Shown here piece after piece: positions 12,532 through 25,901 of a stretch of 45,134 nt of DNA. The notes under the pieces were generated by a model. That model worked only from the letters and a program-made list of their open reading frames with translations, ran no database searches and was not told the origin of the DNA. The translations under genes were made by a program, and so were the position numbers. Position 1 is the first letter of the stretch, and each line of letters opens with the position of its first letter. This DNA is from Xylographa opegraphella (Eukaryota), in contig JALDZX010000003.1 of NCBI GenBank assembly GCA_022813865.1, positions 682,001-727,134 on the forward strand, written 5' to 3'.

Positions 12532-15500
12532 TCACCCCCCCTTCCACCGCCCAAACCGCCTATAATCCTCATACACCACCTTAAAAATCGCCCGCCCGCC
12601 CACCTCCAACGCTGCATTCACCGTCCGCATCACCTCCGGGCCCATCGCATCCAAAACGGCATACAGGCCCGGATCCAGCGCCGCGCGCACCGCGGGCTCC
12701 ATGCGCCCGCGCAGCTGGCACGCGCAGAACTCCATGAGCAGGTACTGCAGGTGCTGGCCGGCGATGGCGCGGGCCTTCTTCGTGGCGTCGTTCAGCTCGG
12801 CGCGCTGCCGGCCGCGGGCGCGCGTCACGGCCGAGACGGAGGGGTCGCAAAGGGAGGTCAGCAGGCGGGCGTAGGCGGAGGCGTGCGTGGCGGTGAGGAG
12901 GGGGGGGGGGGTGCGGTGGGGGCCGTAGGGCGTGAAGAGCTGGCGGAGGAGGCCTTGCAGGGCGGAGAGGAGGAGGTGGTAGCGGCCGCCGAGCTTGGCG
13001 CGGTGGAGGGCGAGCACGGTGCCGAGGAGGCGGCAGTGGCAGGTGAAGATGTCGGGGGGAGGGGGCGTGCGAGCGCGGGCGGTCATGATGGTGACGGTTG
13101 CGAGCAGGCTGTCGATGTGCCATTGCGAGATCATCCAGGGCTGTGGGTGTCTGTTCAGCAAAGTGTGCGTTTAGGGGCTGGGGGATGGTGGGGGGGGTCG
13201 GCTGACGTTTTTCTTCAGCATGAGGTCTAGGCAGTGCATCTCGAGGATGCAGGCTCTTGTGCGGGGCATTTGGTGGAGGTGCGTGCAGATCTTGGAGAAG
13301 AGCTGAGCGAGCGCCGTTTTCATGGCTGGGGTTTTTACTGGGTTCGGGCGTTAGTATGTGATAGCCTCATAAGAGCTACGTAATCGGAGTGAAGAGATAC
13401 CATATGTGTGGTCGAGAACTCGCAATACATAGTGCAATGTACCCTCGTCAGTGAAATCCATATCTGTTAGTCGAGTAACTTGGTCGGCCTGCTTCTGTTC
13501 GTCTAGCTTCCACTGCGAACCGGCGAGATATTCTACCCAAGCTTGTCTTGCTCGAACGGTGGTGACTACAATAGTATCAGCCCACACTTCCGCACGATGA
13601 ATCCACTCTGACGAGAAGCATAACATACACTCGTTGATAGACGCAGTGATGGCCGTTGTACTCATTACAAGCCCATGGCTAGATAGACTTGCTTCGATCT
13701 TCTTCGCCACAACCACGAGATTTTCGATGGAATGGCTAGTAGTGTTCGTAGATAGTTGAGGAAGGCCCTTCTGCGACATCAACTTCTTACTGCTCTCACA
13801 CATCTGATTTATCTGGGACAAAACATTCGACTTGTGTAACTCCGATAAGGTTTGAAAGAGGCCACTGTTGAGCATGGCAAGACATATTTCTAGGACGTCG
13901 AAGAATACGCTGAGGACCCAGTCTTCCTGTCCAGCTTCCCATTGGGTGAGACAGTTTGGGAGCCAGCCGAAGAGCTCCTGAGACGTGTCAAGTAGAGAGG
14001 GACTTCTAACTTTCAGCTGCTCCGGGAGAGCATCATAGCGACGCCATAGTAGTTTTTGGGAGACCGCTCGCAAGGAATACCTGGCGAGTGCCACCATCTC
14101 AGATTCAGATGCAAGTGATGGCTTGTTCAGATGATCCAGGAAGGGATCGAGAAAGCTCGTGCTTTCACTCTCTGCACAATCAGAAATCATAATCCTAGAG
14201 TACTGTTAAACATATCTAAGGTTGATTTATTAGTTTAACTAACTGTATTGCCTTCGTTGCCAATTGCTTGAATGAAATGAGGACACTTGATGATACTCGT
14301 CTTTCCGAACCAGAATCGATCCGATCTGCAAGATTCCAGAGGTAGGCGGGATCGGAAAGCTTCTCATGATCAGCTCTAATCAGTTTGTGAAAGAGTCTGG
14401 CTTACAAGAAGATGCATTGATTTTTTAGGATAGTCCAGGGAACGAACTAAAAGTGCCACGTATTGCGGAAAATCTGGCAGTGATGAATGCTCCAATAACT
14501 TATCGGAAAGATGACGAATAACATGCTCCCTCTGCTCACGTTCGAATGCACCAAGCGATATCCTATTGATGACGGAGACAGCGTACTCTTCCTCTTCAAC
14601 TCGGACTTCATTTCTATCGATGGCACGAGTTTGCACGAAAGCATCATAAACGATCTGAAGGATCACTTCTTTAAAAAAGATCAGCTCGGTACAATTATGA
14701 AATGAAAGCTTATTTCATACTTGCAATAGAAGGAAGCTCTCCTGCCATACCAATATCAACAAGCTCCTCCCAAACATCCATGAAAGTTATCGAAGTGTTC
14801 CCACCATCAATTCCCTTTAATGTTTTACCCATTACAGCGAAATGAGCGGCATGACGATAGATAATGTGGAGAAACGAATCCAGGACAGAGACTTCGATGT
14901 CACTAACCCAAAGTTAGTGGCGACATTGAATCTTGATGCTGCTGCCGTACCTGAGAACTTTGGGCACTAAAGTGAGCTGAGCCGCATATGCAAGGAGAAG
15001 CATAGGTCGAGTGATCACTGTCCCTCTCTTCCCGTTCCAGGTAAAACTCACATGAGAGTCGTCCTTTTTCTCGGGAGGCGGATCTGATGGAATACAATCT
15101 ACCAAGGCCCGGATGACTCGACACACAATGCCCGAACGTTCCTCGTTTTGATTGCTATTCTTCTGAGCTTCTTGTGCAGAGATGAGAAAGCCGAAGGCAT
15201 ATGTGTCTGCGTAGTCATGTTCCGCATGGGGAAGATTACTTGAATCTTCCGCTAGGCCTAGAGCTATTTCGCCTTCAGCATAACTAAACATGTCGTCTTG
15301 ATAATGCGAAAACCGTGCAGCCATATTTGCTAGAAGTCGCCAGACACGCCATCTATGAGGAACGAATAAAGCGTCATTGATTTTCAGTATGGTTGTCAAC
15401 TTCCGCCCTATGCTCTCGATGGCTGTCTTGCAGATTCGTATTACACTATCGCTTCTTACCCCATCCAACACGCAGTCTAGAACGACAACTTGGGCATACG

Positions 15501-17616
15501 GCTCGAGAGGACTGACCGCTAGCGCGTCTGAGTCACTGGTGATTTTGGAACCAAGATTATCCAATAACTTGGAAACTTGGCTAGTTGTTAAGACTTGTTC
15601 TAATTGTTCTGAGATTGTTTGAAGTAATGCTTCGTCGTCCCATATAGATGCCGCCAGGAACGTTTTCTCTCCGCTGTCAGAGTTTGATACTCTAGCAGAT
15701 TCCCATGACCCGATTTGTTGTTCCCAAATCTTGATAAATCCTAGTAGATCTCTTGCATTGATAAAACATTTCAAAAGACGGAGAACCACAGTGTCTAGCA
15801 TAACATAATAATCACTGGAAATCTCGTCTCCATCTCGGAAACTCAAACTTGTGAGGTTATCTACTATTCCGTTTAGTACCGTGTTTGACTTCGATGTAGC
15901 TCGCCCGGTGCGGAGATTACTATTTGACCTCACAGATATCGCTAGGTCAGGGCAAATCTCCATACACAAACCTACCAGGGACCATTTGACTTGGCGTGCT
16001 TCAGCTGGATATATGCCGGAAATATATAGTACGATACTCTCCAATATCGGTATATCCATAGAGACATTATTCTCAACCAACAAATGCAGCAAGCTCTCCA
16101 ACGCATCGATAACACTGTTGCTTGCCGTAGAGACTTCAGATAACGGAAACCGCAACGAAAGGCACTCAGTAAGCTCAATGAAAAGTGCTCGGTGCCAAGG
16201 GGCTTCAGTTATACGTTGTTTGGGTGTATCTCGTGGTAGCAGCTTAAGTGCAAGTTTGAAGAGCATTGGCATTGTATTTATCATATTTCTTTCGTCGGTA
16301 ATTGAAAATGTATCTTGCGCCTCAAGGATGACTACCCTGGAGAGGGGACTTAGGAGCTCCTTGATCACGGATATCTGGCTCTCATCGCCATCTGAACTTT
16401 TCGCGCGCAAGAATGCTGTACGCCCAGGAAGTATAACATGGGCTGCGATTAGCTTTTCGGCTATTTGCGTTATAGATCTCCTTTCATCTTGGAATGATGT
16501 ACATTGGATTTTGAGGAGCAGCCGTAGTGCCGGAACCAAGCAGTGTACAGAAAAGGCTTGCTAGGGTTCAATTAGCGTGTCTTCGAGGATTTGCTTGATG
16601 CTGATTCTTACTGCGCTGTTGAAACCGTCGTTAGTCTCTTGGAAGGTTGATCGTAAGCTCCATACATCGACTATAGATCTCAGAAATATATCGTAGTTGA
16701 CAGCGTAGCTAGAATTGTTCGGAACACCAATAATGTGCGCCAATATCTTCAATGACTTTCCAAGAATCTTTGCACCCTGTTCTATCGGTGTCTTTATGGC
16801 CGCTTTGATATGTTCAGCTGCAAAGTTTTCTGCTTCTCCAGGCTTGTCATTGGTGAAGGCTGCGATCTGGCCGAGTGTACCACAAATCGCGACATGAAGC
16901 AAAATTGGGTCAACAATCGGTGATCCCTCCTCCGTAAGAAGTTCAGGATCTGGTTGACCTCGTTTCCTTTTTTTCGACTTCTTACTTGTAGCGGTAGGCA
17001 TTTCCTGAACAGTTGTCGAGCTAGAACTCTGCCTTGAAAGAGGAACTTGGCGGTTACGCTCATCGTTGGACGCCAGGGCTGCTGGATACTCATCTGAAAC
17101 ATACAAACAAAGCCAGTCGAGAGTCTTCTGGATGGTGGACATGAATTTGTGGGCATTCAAGAGCCGTGCAGTGACTGTCAGAGGGAGCCGAGCAACGACA
17201 ATTCTTAGAAGGATCCATGCTTTAGGCTCCGAACACGGACTGTAGCACAGTCAGCTACCTTATACGTCAATGCACGAAGAACAACGGCTATCCTGCCTTC
17301 CCAGTTGTACCGTGTCTCCTTCAAATTTCTTCAGCAGCCATCTCAAGACCCATTGTTCTTTCGGGGTAAATCCAATACGAAATCCCTCCTCTGCTTTGGC
17401 TGGGACATACATGGAGCCAACAGAGTCGGAATCAATATTTAATAAGTTGTAAGCTTCGGCAATTTGTAGCGAGAAGCGCTCTGTGCTTCTGTCAAGCGCA
17501 GTAACTCGTTGCTGAAGGGCATTGGCGGCAGCTGGACGAGCCTATGAGTAGTCAGCAAGACGTACACATAGAACTTGAAGCAAAGAATCATCCAGTACCT
17601 TGGAGACAGGCGCCAT
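12532..17616 (-). CDS. URB2: Nucleolar pre-60S ribosome biogenesis protein Urb2/Npa2; multi-exon
   Basis: C-terminal Urb2-domain motifs ISQWHID.LL, HRAKLGGRYHLL..LQ.LL..LF, AYARLLT.LCDP, L.PGLYAVLD and GRAIFK..YEDY.RFG.W. Long colinear helical ORFs on the minus strand are separated by canonical introns. Start MAPVSK at 17616, followed by intron 17542-17598. Confidence 0.88.
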
Positions 17617-18710
17617 TAAATACCGCTTCGTGGTGGATATGGTGGTTGTGCAGCCAAGACATTGAATTTCAATATTATTTGTCGGCGTTGATCTGATTGG
17701 CTGACGTAGCTTGCAGATCTTGCTTCCGCGCTCCAAAAGGCGAACCAAGAGCTTCAGGTCCGCAACTCGTGCCATCGCTGAATATAGACGATATTCGTTC
17801 CACACTCTACCTCGATGTGAGTGCTACAGAGTCCTCGCCCCGTATATGCTTCTAACTTATATGGCTTAGGTCCAGTACAATGGCTGAATCGAAGCCATCC
17901 ACTCCTTCTCCACCAGTCGTGCGCTCAAACAAGCCTGTCAGTGAGGCATTGCTCAACGATAAGGTACCTTCCAGCCCAAGTCCGCCATAATTGAGTCTCA
18001 GAAGCTTTGAGCCTTATAGCAGCATTTGCTTCAATTGCGACTGCTCTACTGCCAGATTGCAAGCGTGTGCGAAACCTGGCTGATAAAAGGTGCTCTAGTG
18101 GGACCACGCCATTTCCTCTCTTCTTATCCGGTCATCGCTCGGTCTCTCTTTCGGTGTCATATTCTCTGTACTTCTGTTCAAGCGAAGAGCATGGCCTGCC
18201 TTCGTGGGGTTGGGCTTTGGTGCGGGAAGGGCGTGGGAAGAAGCTGATGGTATACACGAAGCCGCCAAGTTCGATTTGACCTTTCGCTAAGTATTTACAG
18301 CTGCTTTCAGGCGTGGAGGCTCATCTACACCTCGAGAAGGGCTGCGATTGGTGCGGACACAGGAGTGAAGTTAGAGGGATACAGAAGTTTCCAGCGTTGC
18401 AATAGCGAAAAATGGAAACGTGCAACTTACCCGAGCACTTTGTAAATAAGTGTACAACATGATTATCATTTCACTTTTCCAGAGCAAACTTGGGCTTTCC
18501 TCTGGTAAGCTGAATGTCACATCAAGCATTCAAGGTAATTCTCGGATCGGGAAGCACCGAATTTTCATATTCCGATTACCAATCACAAACGCCAGTAGCA
18601 TAGTAAGTGTTTATACTCTTCCCCGGTTTCATATGTTTCTTTCGAAGATGAAATCAGGAAAATCTATACATGAATTGAATATTTGACATGATGGTACTGC
18701 TGCCGTATTT

Positions 18711-20524
18711 CTATTTCATGCAGCAGGCTGATGGTCCGTTGGGACTCACTGGATCATCTTCATCGGCAGACAGATCAATGACTTCCCTTATCGGATTGGT
18801 GTATTCATTTCCCTGGTTGAGGTCACTGGTGTTGACGCCATGCCTCATTGGCTCGAAGAAATCGCTTATCGGATTGGTGTTATTCCCTCCGAGATACTCA
18901 CCCGAAACACCCGGAAAATCCTGTGCCCAGGATTCACCAAAGATGCCAAATTCTGCGTGTGGATTGAGATCTGTGGTTTCCGGTGTTGCTACTGAAGCAG
19001 TGTCAAGAGAGTATTGTACAGTCATGTAATCTGGTAGTAGGCGGGTATGCTCTTTTGGTTCATTGCGTCCAGCAAACTCCGAAAGCTCTGACTCGAGGAC
19101 TCCCTCACCCAAGACCCTATCCTCACTGATACTGACAGCAGGTGAGGGAAGATTACCCGGGGTTGTTTCTGTAATAGTTGAGGACTCCGGGCAGATGCCC
19201 TGCGGACTGGTCGAAATTTGGTTATAATTATATGAGTGACCCTCATGTTGGCCGACTTCGTCATCCTTGATAAGGATACTGTTTAGGTCCTCCACCAAGG
19301 TTCTGGTAGGAGCATTATCGAAATGTGTTCCGCATCCCACACATGAACAATTGGGTCCACAGTTGCATTTCTCGTCTGGCTCAAGTAATGTTTCCGAAAC
19401 TGACAGTGTTGTTGAGGCAAATGGTGTCGGCGTTGGAAGCGTACTTTGAGTAGACTGATGCGTGATTCGAGACTGATTAAAGTTGAAGGTTTGGTTGAAT
19501 ATAGTTTGTGTTGGAGGAACAGAATGTTGTGCGAGGCTGTCATTCCCCAGCGGATGGTTTGCATCATGTTGGGAGTAGATGAAATCTGCCCCAGCCAAAG
19601 CATTCATATCACCAAATTGTCCAAAGTTTCCCACAACAACGTTTGGTGGAGGGCCAGAACGAGGTAGTTCTTGTGCAGCGGTCGCATCCCATTGTGGTTG
19701 ACCAAAGATAAAACCTGCATACGTTGGTTGATGATGTTGAGGCTGATAGGTAGCAAAGCCTTGTGCGGATAAGCCAACGCCTTGACCTTGAGCCACAATA
19801 TGGGCCGAAGCTGGATCTAAGGCCACGTTGAACTGAGTTTCAAGCTGGGTTGACCATGCCAACGTCTGTTGACCTGGAAGAAAATATTGAGGCGTTTGGA
19901 ACATCGTTGCCGGAGAATTTTGTGCTACGGCTACTCCATTTCTGGGGACAGGGCCTTGCTGACGACTGCGTCTTGCAGCTCGGATTCTCTCCTCGTCGTC
20001 ATGCGGCCATGACCGTTTTCTGGAGTGGGTCTTGGAGATTCGACTGGTATTGTTTTGCGGGGAACCCACTGGACTCGTCCTAGAAGATGAGCCAGCATTC
20101 ATGGGAACGCCATTAGGCATTTTTGGATCAACCGGTTGACAGAAGCACTTCCCACCTAAGATAGATTAGTTCTGGTAAACCAAATGACCGCGGCGTGATA
20201 GTGTCATGCTGGAGCTCGTGTACATGGATCCTAATCATACCTCTCTGGATCTTGACCATTTGAAAGAGTTCAGGCGAACAGCTACACGGCACGTCCTTAG
20301 GATGAGGGCAATTCTGCAATGGTCTCCCTGGCGGCTTGACTCTCAGCATAAGACGTTCCCAATGATCGCAGCTCTTTGCACGATGACCGCGTATACAAGA
20401 AGCACTATCAATATTAGCAATAGATACGAGGATAACATAAACTACTACACCTTGGAAAGTGAGTAGTGGAGATGTCAGGGGCAATATACCAGGCCCACTT
20501 GATACCGTGCTCGTCTAATGGCAT
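18711..20524 (-). CDS. Copper-fist DNA-binding transcription factor (Ace1/Mac1/Cuf1/Grisea family); 3 exons
   Basis: Spliced N-terminus MPLDEHGIKWACASCIRGHRAKSCDH.ER.M..V...GRP..CPH (introns 20405-20489 and 20156-20240). Cys-rich motif CNCGPNCSCVGCGTH (CxCx3CxCx2Cx2H, the S. pombe Cuf1 spacing). Confidence 0.88.
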
Positions 20525-21929
20525 CTTGAAGGAAAGAGCGAACCGTCGTGTACAAATAGCTGGCAAAAACGAGGATATTACCGCTCACTAGGGGGGAAAT
20601 AACTTTAGGTGATTCTGCTGTGACGGATGCGGCTGCTGGTAGGTAGATATTTGGTCGCACTGCACTGGTCCCGTCCGAATTCTAATTTCCTCTAACAGAA
20701 CCGGAAGCCTGGGAATACATAGCGAGGATGTTGAAGGTTTAATAAGAAATAAGTGGAGACGATGAAGTCTATGTCCCATACGCAGGATGTTTCTGTTGTT
20801 TCTCACGATAGAATAATACCGTCCGAGTCTGATCAACTGATATGTCACTGGGAATGGGAGATAGGAAGGACCCAGGGACAACAAGAACATCTAGTCAGCA
20901 AAGTGAAGATTGGGAGGATAATCGTCAGAAATTGAATCTGAAGAACGACGCTCGGGTAAGGCGAAGTTCAGGGCCTAACGTAGGGGCAAAACCGCCGCCC
21001 CGCTATTCTGTATCACTCGCCGCCGAGACGGGCCGAGAGCTGGCGTGGAGGTTAGCTGCCGCCTTCTGGCGCGGCGCCAAGTGATATGATGTCCTCACGC
21101 CAATCCACAACACCATCATGTCTACCTACCCCGCAAGGAAATACCAGCGCCAGACCCTTTAGTATCTCAGCGTATACCTGTAGGTAGCTATGAGCCCCAC
21201 CTCTACTACGCAGTGTGATTGGGCTTGGCGAACCCTTATACGGCCGGGAACCACACGGGCTAGGCCCGATTCTTGTCATTACATGGCTATTGAGCGGCGA
21301 CCGAGATTCGTTGACGTGACTACGAATAGTGGCGTCGACTTGAACTTTTATTTACTCAGAAAACTACGTAAAGGATCTCGTCGATGTGAGACACAAGGCA
21401 AGATTCTGTTAATGTGGCGAATAATAGTGAAGCTCGATGATCGGGTCGAGTCTGTGTATTCCGCTTAGCTTCCGTCATCTCGCAATGTATACTCTTCTCT
21501 TCAATATTCTCTATTCCTGTTGTCTCTTACCTCTACCCTTCGCGTAGCTTAATTCATTGCTTTCGATGCCACCTGACTTTGACACTAGTGTTGACCGTTT
21601 CAGTAGGTGGGTGTCTGTTGTGTAAATGCTGAATTCAGCGAATGGGAGACGGTCGCAATGCTGATCGTAGCGTAACCTCAATCCGTCTAACCTTCATTGG
21701 GTCCTTCACATTGAGGGTTAGGTATTCATCATGGGAGACTCGATACTGAAACAGAGCCCTTCATCATCAATGAGCAGAGACGTAATACTACAAGTACACG
21801 GCCACGTTCTCAGGCCCTCACAATGCAGACTTTGAACTCCAAGTACCAAGCTCAACGAGAAGCATCTCGAGCCAACGCTCTCAGGCCATTCTACAAGACC
21901 ACGTTAATCACGAGCTTCGCAGGCCAGCC

Positions 21930-22601
21930 ATGATGATTCCATCATTCTCTTCAACCAAGGTGTGCGCTAACCCCTCGGGTCTGGGTTGGGCTCCACCAGC
22001 CAGAATCAACCTAAATCATATCAAACCGTTGTGTAGGCTCAAGGCAGACTACACACGACTGAAGAAGCAGCACTTTGTGATAGAGCACCAAGCGATTTTC
22101 TTAGAGCGCCAGCTCCTGCAGTTCAAGGCTGATATGCCAGTTTCTATACGGTGCAGGCAAAAAACGTGGAGGCACTGCCATTACTTCACCAACAAGCATC
22201 CCGAGCTGATCAATGCGCCGAACTCCCCTCCTCACTCCCCGCTGACTGCCTCCGAACCGTATGAGCCGGATGATAATGTGGTCGTGCCGCTATTATCCCC
22301 CTTCCCATCGTCGGCTTCACCTGCCCATTCTCCCAGCAAGCCTGACACTCCATTCCCCACTTCCGCTGACAACCACAATCACGCCGACAAAGAGGAGCAT
22401 ATCTGGCATAGCGCCTTTGTTAGACTGAGCCGCGCCTTCCAGTCCGTCTGCTTGCAACTGGCGCAACTTGAACTGGAGTTAGCTCTGGTGGAACTGCGAC
22501 TCGATATTCGATACACGGATCGCGAAAACAATCCGCGCATGTCCGAGGCCCATCGACGAGTGTCGCGCTGCGGTCTTCCAGTGGATGCACGTTATATATG
22601 A
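21930..22601 (+). CDS. Hypothetical protein with two amphipathic/coiled-coil-like helices around a Pro/Ser-rich linker; 5' end uncertain
   Basis: 223-codon ORF with protein-like composition. A possible intron at ~21960-22036 gives no clean upstream exon. Confidence 0.3.
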   Translation: MMIPSFSSTKVCANPSGLGWAPPARINLNHIKPLCRLKADYTRLKKQHFVIEHQAIFLERQLLQFKADMPVSIRCRQKTWRHCHYFTNKHPELINAPNSPPHSPLTASEPYEPDDNVVVPLLSPFPSSASPAHSPSKPDTPFPTSADNHNHADKEEHIWHSAFVRLSRAFQSVCLQLAQLELELALVELRLDIRYTDRENNPRMSEAHRRVSRCGLPVDARYI

Positions 22602-23490
22602 CGCCATTTTCCGTTGGGCCGGAAATATTACTTGGCAAGTAGCGGAGGGCGGAAGGCGATCACAGCTATGTTACCCTCCTATGATAGCGCTCGCCAGGCG
22701 TTGCGAGCAAGGCAACACAATCAGTAGCCACGCATAGGGCACCCATGCCGATCGCAATCCGGTTGCCCAGGATCTAGAGTTATGGCTAGGTAGTACTCGA
22801 GTGAAATGGGAAGCAGAGGTCTGGCCCGCGCGACCGAAGGGTCGTGGCGTTCCATCGAGTTGGGGCACCATTTGGCAGGTGCGATTTTGCTGCGCTATAC
22901 CCTTTCGCAAATCACGATTCCGCATCTCGACACTGGCGTTCTGAGCGTTTCCGTGGTTCATATCTGAATACCGCATCGACCTGTGTCCTTCTTGGCACTT
23001 ATATACATCTTGGCAATCTGCATCCTCTTGGCATGTGTCTGTTCGGGTGGATCTTTGTAGGCAGCTCTAGAATCACATGCAAACACCACCGCGAAGTCCA
23101 GTGCGCATTTTGTCTTCCTGCATATGATACAATGAGTCAAGTCTATATGGAGAGTCTACGCATCTGCCGCCTTCCTCCCTGCCCCCCCGAAAACTCCCGG
23201 TGCAAAAGGCCCAGAGTAGAGCTTGCCTTGCTACCAAACAGCACCAAACCGACTTTCCTACAACAAGCCCCGAAAATAGAAAGGAAGAGCGAAAAACCTG
23301 TATCCCCTCCCCCATGACGCATCCGAGATCAGAAGGCGATAACCAAAGGAGCAGAAAATCTCCCGTACATCCCATCAGCCCATGAATCCCCATCCAGCGA
23401 CTCCAAACGCCCCGCGCTCCGTGCCGACGCCCCTTTACACAGGTTGTACAAACTGGTTTACCTCTCCTCCCACCTCGCGCGCCCACCGCC

Positions 23491-25901
23491 TTAGGGACCT
23501 CTCATCTGCCCGCTCAGCAAGCGCTGTACCAGCGCCTCCAGCGCCTTCAACCGCGCATCTTTCTCCACCAGCTCCTTTTCCAAGCGGCGCACCTTCAGCT
23601 CCAGCGTTTCGCCCTCCCTAGCCTCCTCCTCCCCCTCGACATAACCCCGCCTCCTCTTCCTCTGCGTCTGCGTCGCCGGCGGCACGAGGCCTTGAGCCTG
23701 CGTCGCCGAAGGCCCTCCCTGCAGGTGCAGACCCGCGTACAGGCTCAGCGGCTCTGCGATCACGTCGGAGACGTCGATGCCGACGCCGCGGTGCACGCGC
23801 CGCAGGTGCTCGTTGAGGTTCTCCTTGCGCGAGAAGCCGGTGCCGGAGCTGCGCTTGCAGTCGCGGTGGGGGCACATGCGCGGGGCTTTGGGCCCGCCGT
23901 GCTGCTTGTGGACCTCGCGCTCGTGGCGGAGCAGGCCGCCGGAGTAGGTGAATCCTTGGATCTTCTCGCAGCCAGGCTCACGGCAGACGTAAGGGCGGGT
24001 GTGCTTGTCCATGTGTTTTCTAAGGGTTTCAACCAAATCAGCATGGTTCTGATAGTGGGGGTGGGGGTGTTGGATGAAGTTTACTTACGTCCATTCGCAT
24101 TTCCGCGCAAAGGTTGGAGGGGGCAGGGTGCAATCCGAGCGATCACATATTATTTGACCTTGACTATTCCGAGGCGGGGGATCGTCGTTGGTGTTGTTGC
24201 TCTGACGACGCGATAAGTTCCCATCCGTGCTCGGCGACGTGGCTTGTGGAAGTGCCGGACTAAGATTTGGAGGCATTACGGAGCATAGGGATGAAGCTCG
24301 ATCTGAGCCGTCGCTGTGCGGACTTGGGTAGTCCTGCGAGTTTTGCATCGGAACTCGAAGATTTCTTCTGGGTGGCAAATCAGAAGGGTAGTCCCAGATG
24401 TCGGAAGCGTCTGTCGAAGCCGACAAAAGCTGATAGTCTGTAGCGTAGGGTATTATTGACAGAGCTGGATATGACTGCTGCGAAGCGGAAGTTGATATAT
24501 TGATCTGATTGTCTCTAGGCTGCCAGTCATTATGACTAACATTGTGATTGCTGCCGATAAAACCTTGAAGCTGAGGCCATGTAGATGTCGGATCGATGAG
24601 ATTTCCTGAAGGCGACGAAGACGGCGACGTGATATATGGGTGGCTCGTAGGCCGACGGTCACTTTCAAGGATGCCTGCTGCTATACTAAGGGTTAGAGGA
24701 ACACGTGCCGTGAGATTTGAGTCATTCTTGCCTGGACGAGCTAGCTTAGCGCTGGTGCCACCAGCATCCTGGCCAATCGCAATGTTGGAAGAATTTTCGC
24801 TTAAGGCTGCGGCTTCTTCTACGCGGCCAGCTCGCGGCGACCGCCACGCGTGACGAGTCATGTTACTGTATGCGGCATTCGCTCCGATCGCATCGTCTGT
24901 AATTGCTTAGTGATGGTACTATACATAGAGACTTCGTACTGACTGTTCTGCTCCAAAGGCTGTTGCGAGGCTGTCAAGCTATGCGAGGCCGTTGCTGGCA
25001 TCGAGGTCCAGTAAGATGTGGTATAGTAGAACATCCAGCACACTCCCCATAGGACTACCAGCGATGGCTTAATATTCCATGGCCATGTTGTGCTTAGTGG
25101 ACGACGACCACTTGGCCATTCGCTGAACCAATCGTCGTCACGTCGTTTTCGCGGTCGCCAATACTCCTTGCGGTCCTGATAGTACAATATCTCGGCCTCA
25201 AGAAGTCCAAGGCTGTGAGACATGAGTGCTTTCAAGGCAGCTTGTTGAAGACACAGTAAGAGATGCTCCAAGTTTGCCACAAAATTATTGTACTTAATGA
25301 CCTCGATGTCCAACCAGCTTGGAGATTTTTGAAGCTTTGATGTCGCGATATGTTGTAGTCTGGTCAGCAACAATGTGGTAAGATCAAGAACGTGACGGAT
25401 TTTTTTCGTGCTTGAATTATTGACAACGCGATGTACGTTGTGTTGCAGCAATAAATCATCATTCGAGGCAAGCCTGCTCAGGTGGATTCCGCCAATGGTC
25501 GCATGGCAGTCGAGATGCTTGAGAAGGCTGGTAAACACAACTGTCAGAGGCGCATGAAATGCGATAGGTCATCCTGATGCCTACCTAGAAACCTCGCCAT
25601 CCTTCCCAGAGAAGCCTTGCTCGACTCGGTCTTCAGTTCGTATGTTGAGCTGTCTTTGACTCTCCTCAAGGTTTACCACCCTAGGCAACTTAAGTGAGCG
25701 CAACTTAAACATCAAGGAATTTTCTTACCCTTGTAGGCAAGTCAAGGCACTGTTGCCAAAGTCGCGACATTTAGAGGACTGCGCCCGCGACTTCACTCGA
25801 GCTTTGAGCAGTTCCCTAAACTGCTGGACGAGAACCGCCAGTCTTATGGCGGCATACAGAGAGGGTCTTGAAGCCCTACGGACGTGCAACACGACAGTCA
25901 T
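23491..25901 (-). CDS. C2H2 zinc-finger transcription factor (3 fingers plus C-terminal coiled coil) with an N-terminal Trp-rich PLSTTWPW..WGVCWMF block
   Basis: Fingers CDRSDC..FARKCEWTKHMDKH, CREPGC..FTYSGGLLRHEREVH and CPHRDC..FSRKENLNEHLRRVH. Introns 25681-25728, 25528-25584, 24897-24943 and 24020-24088 join all ORF pieces into one frame from ATG 25901. The 5' exons are less certain than the finger exons. Confidence 0.82.

Noticed and set aside
21710..21725. Telomerase RNA template-like CCTAACCCT on the minus strand (also TAACCCTAA near 5355)
   Set aside because: A 9-mer alone is expected by chance or as a promoter motif. No pseudoknot or CR4/5 element recognised.
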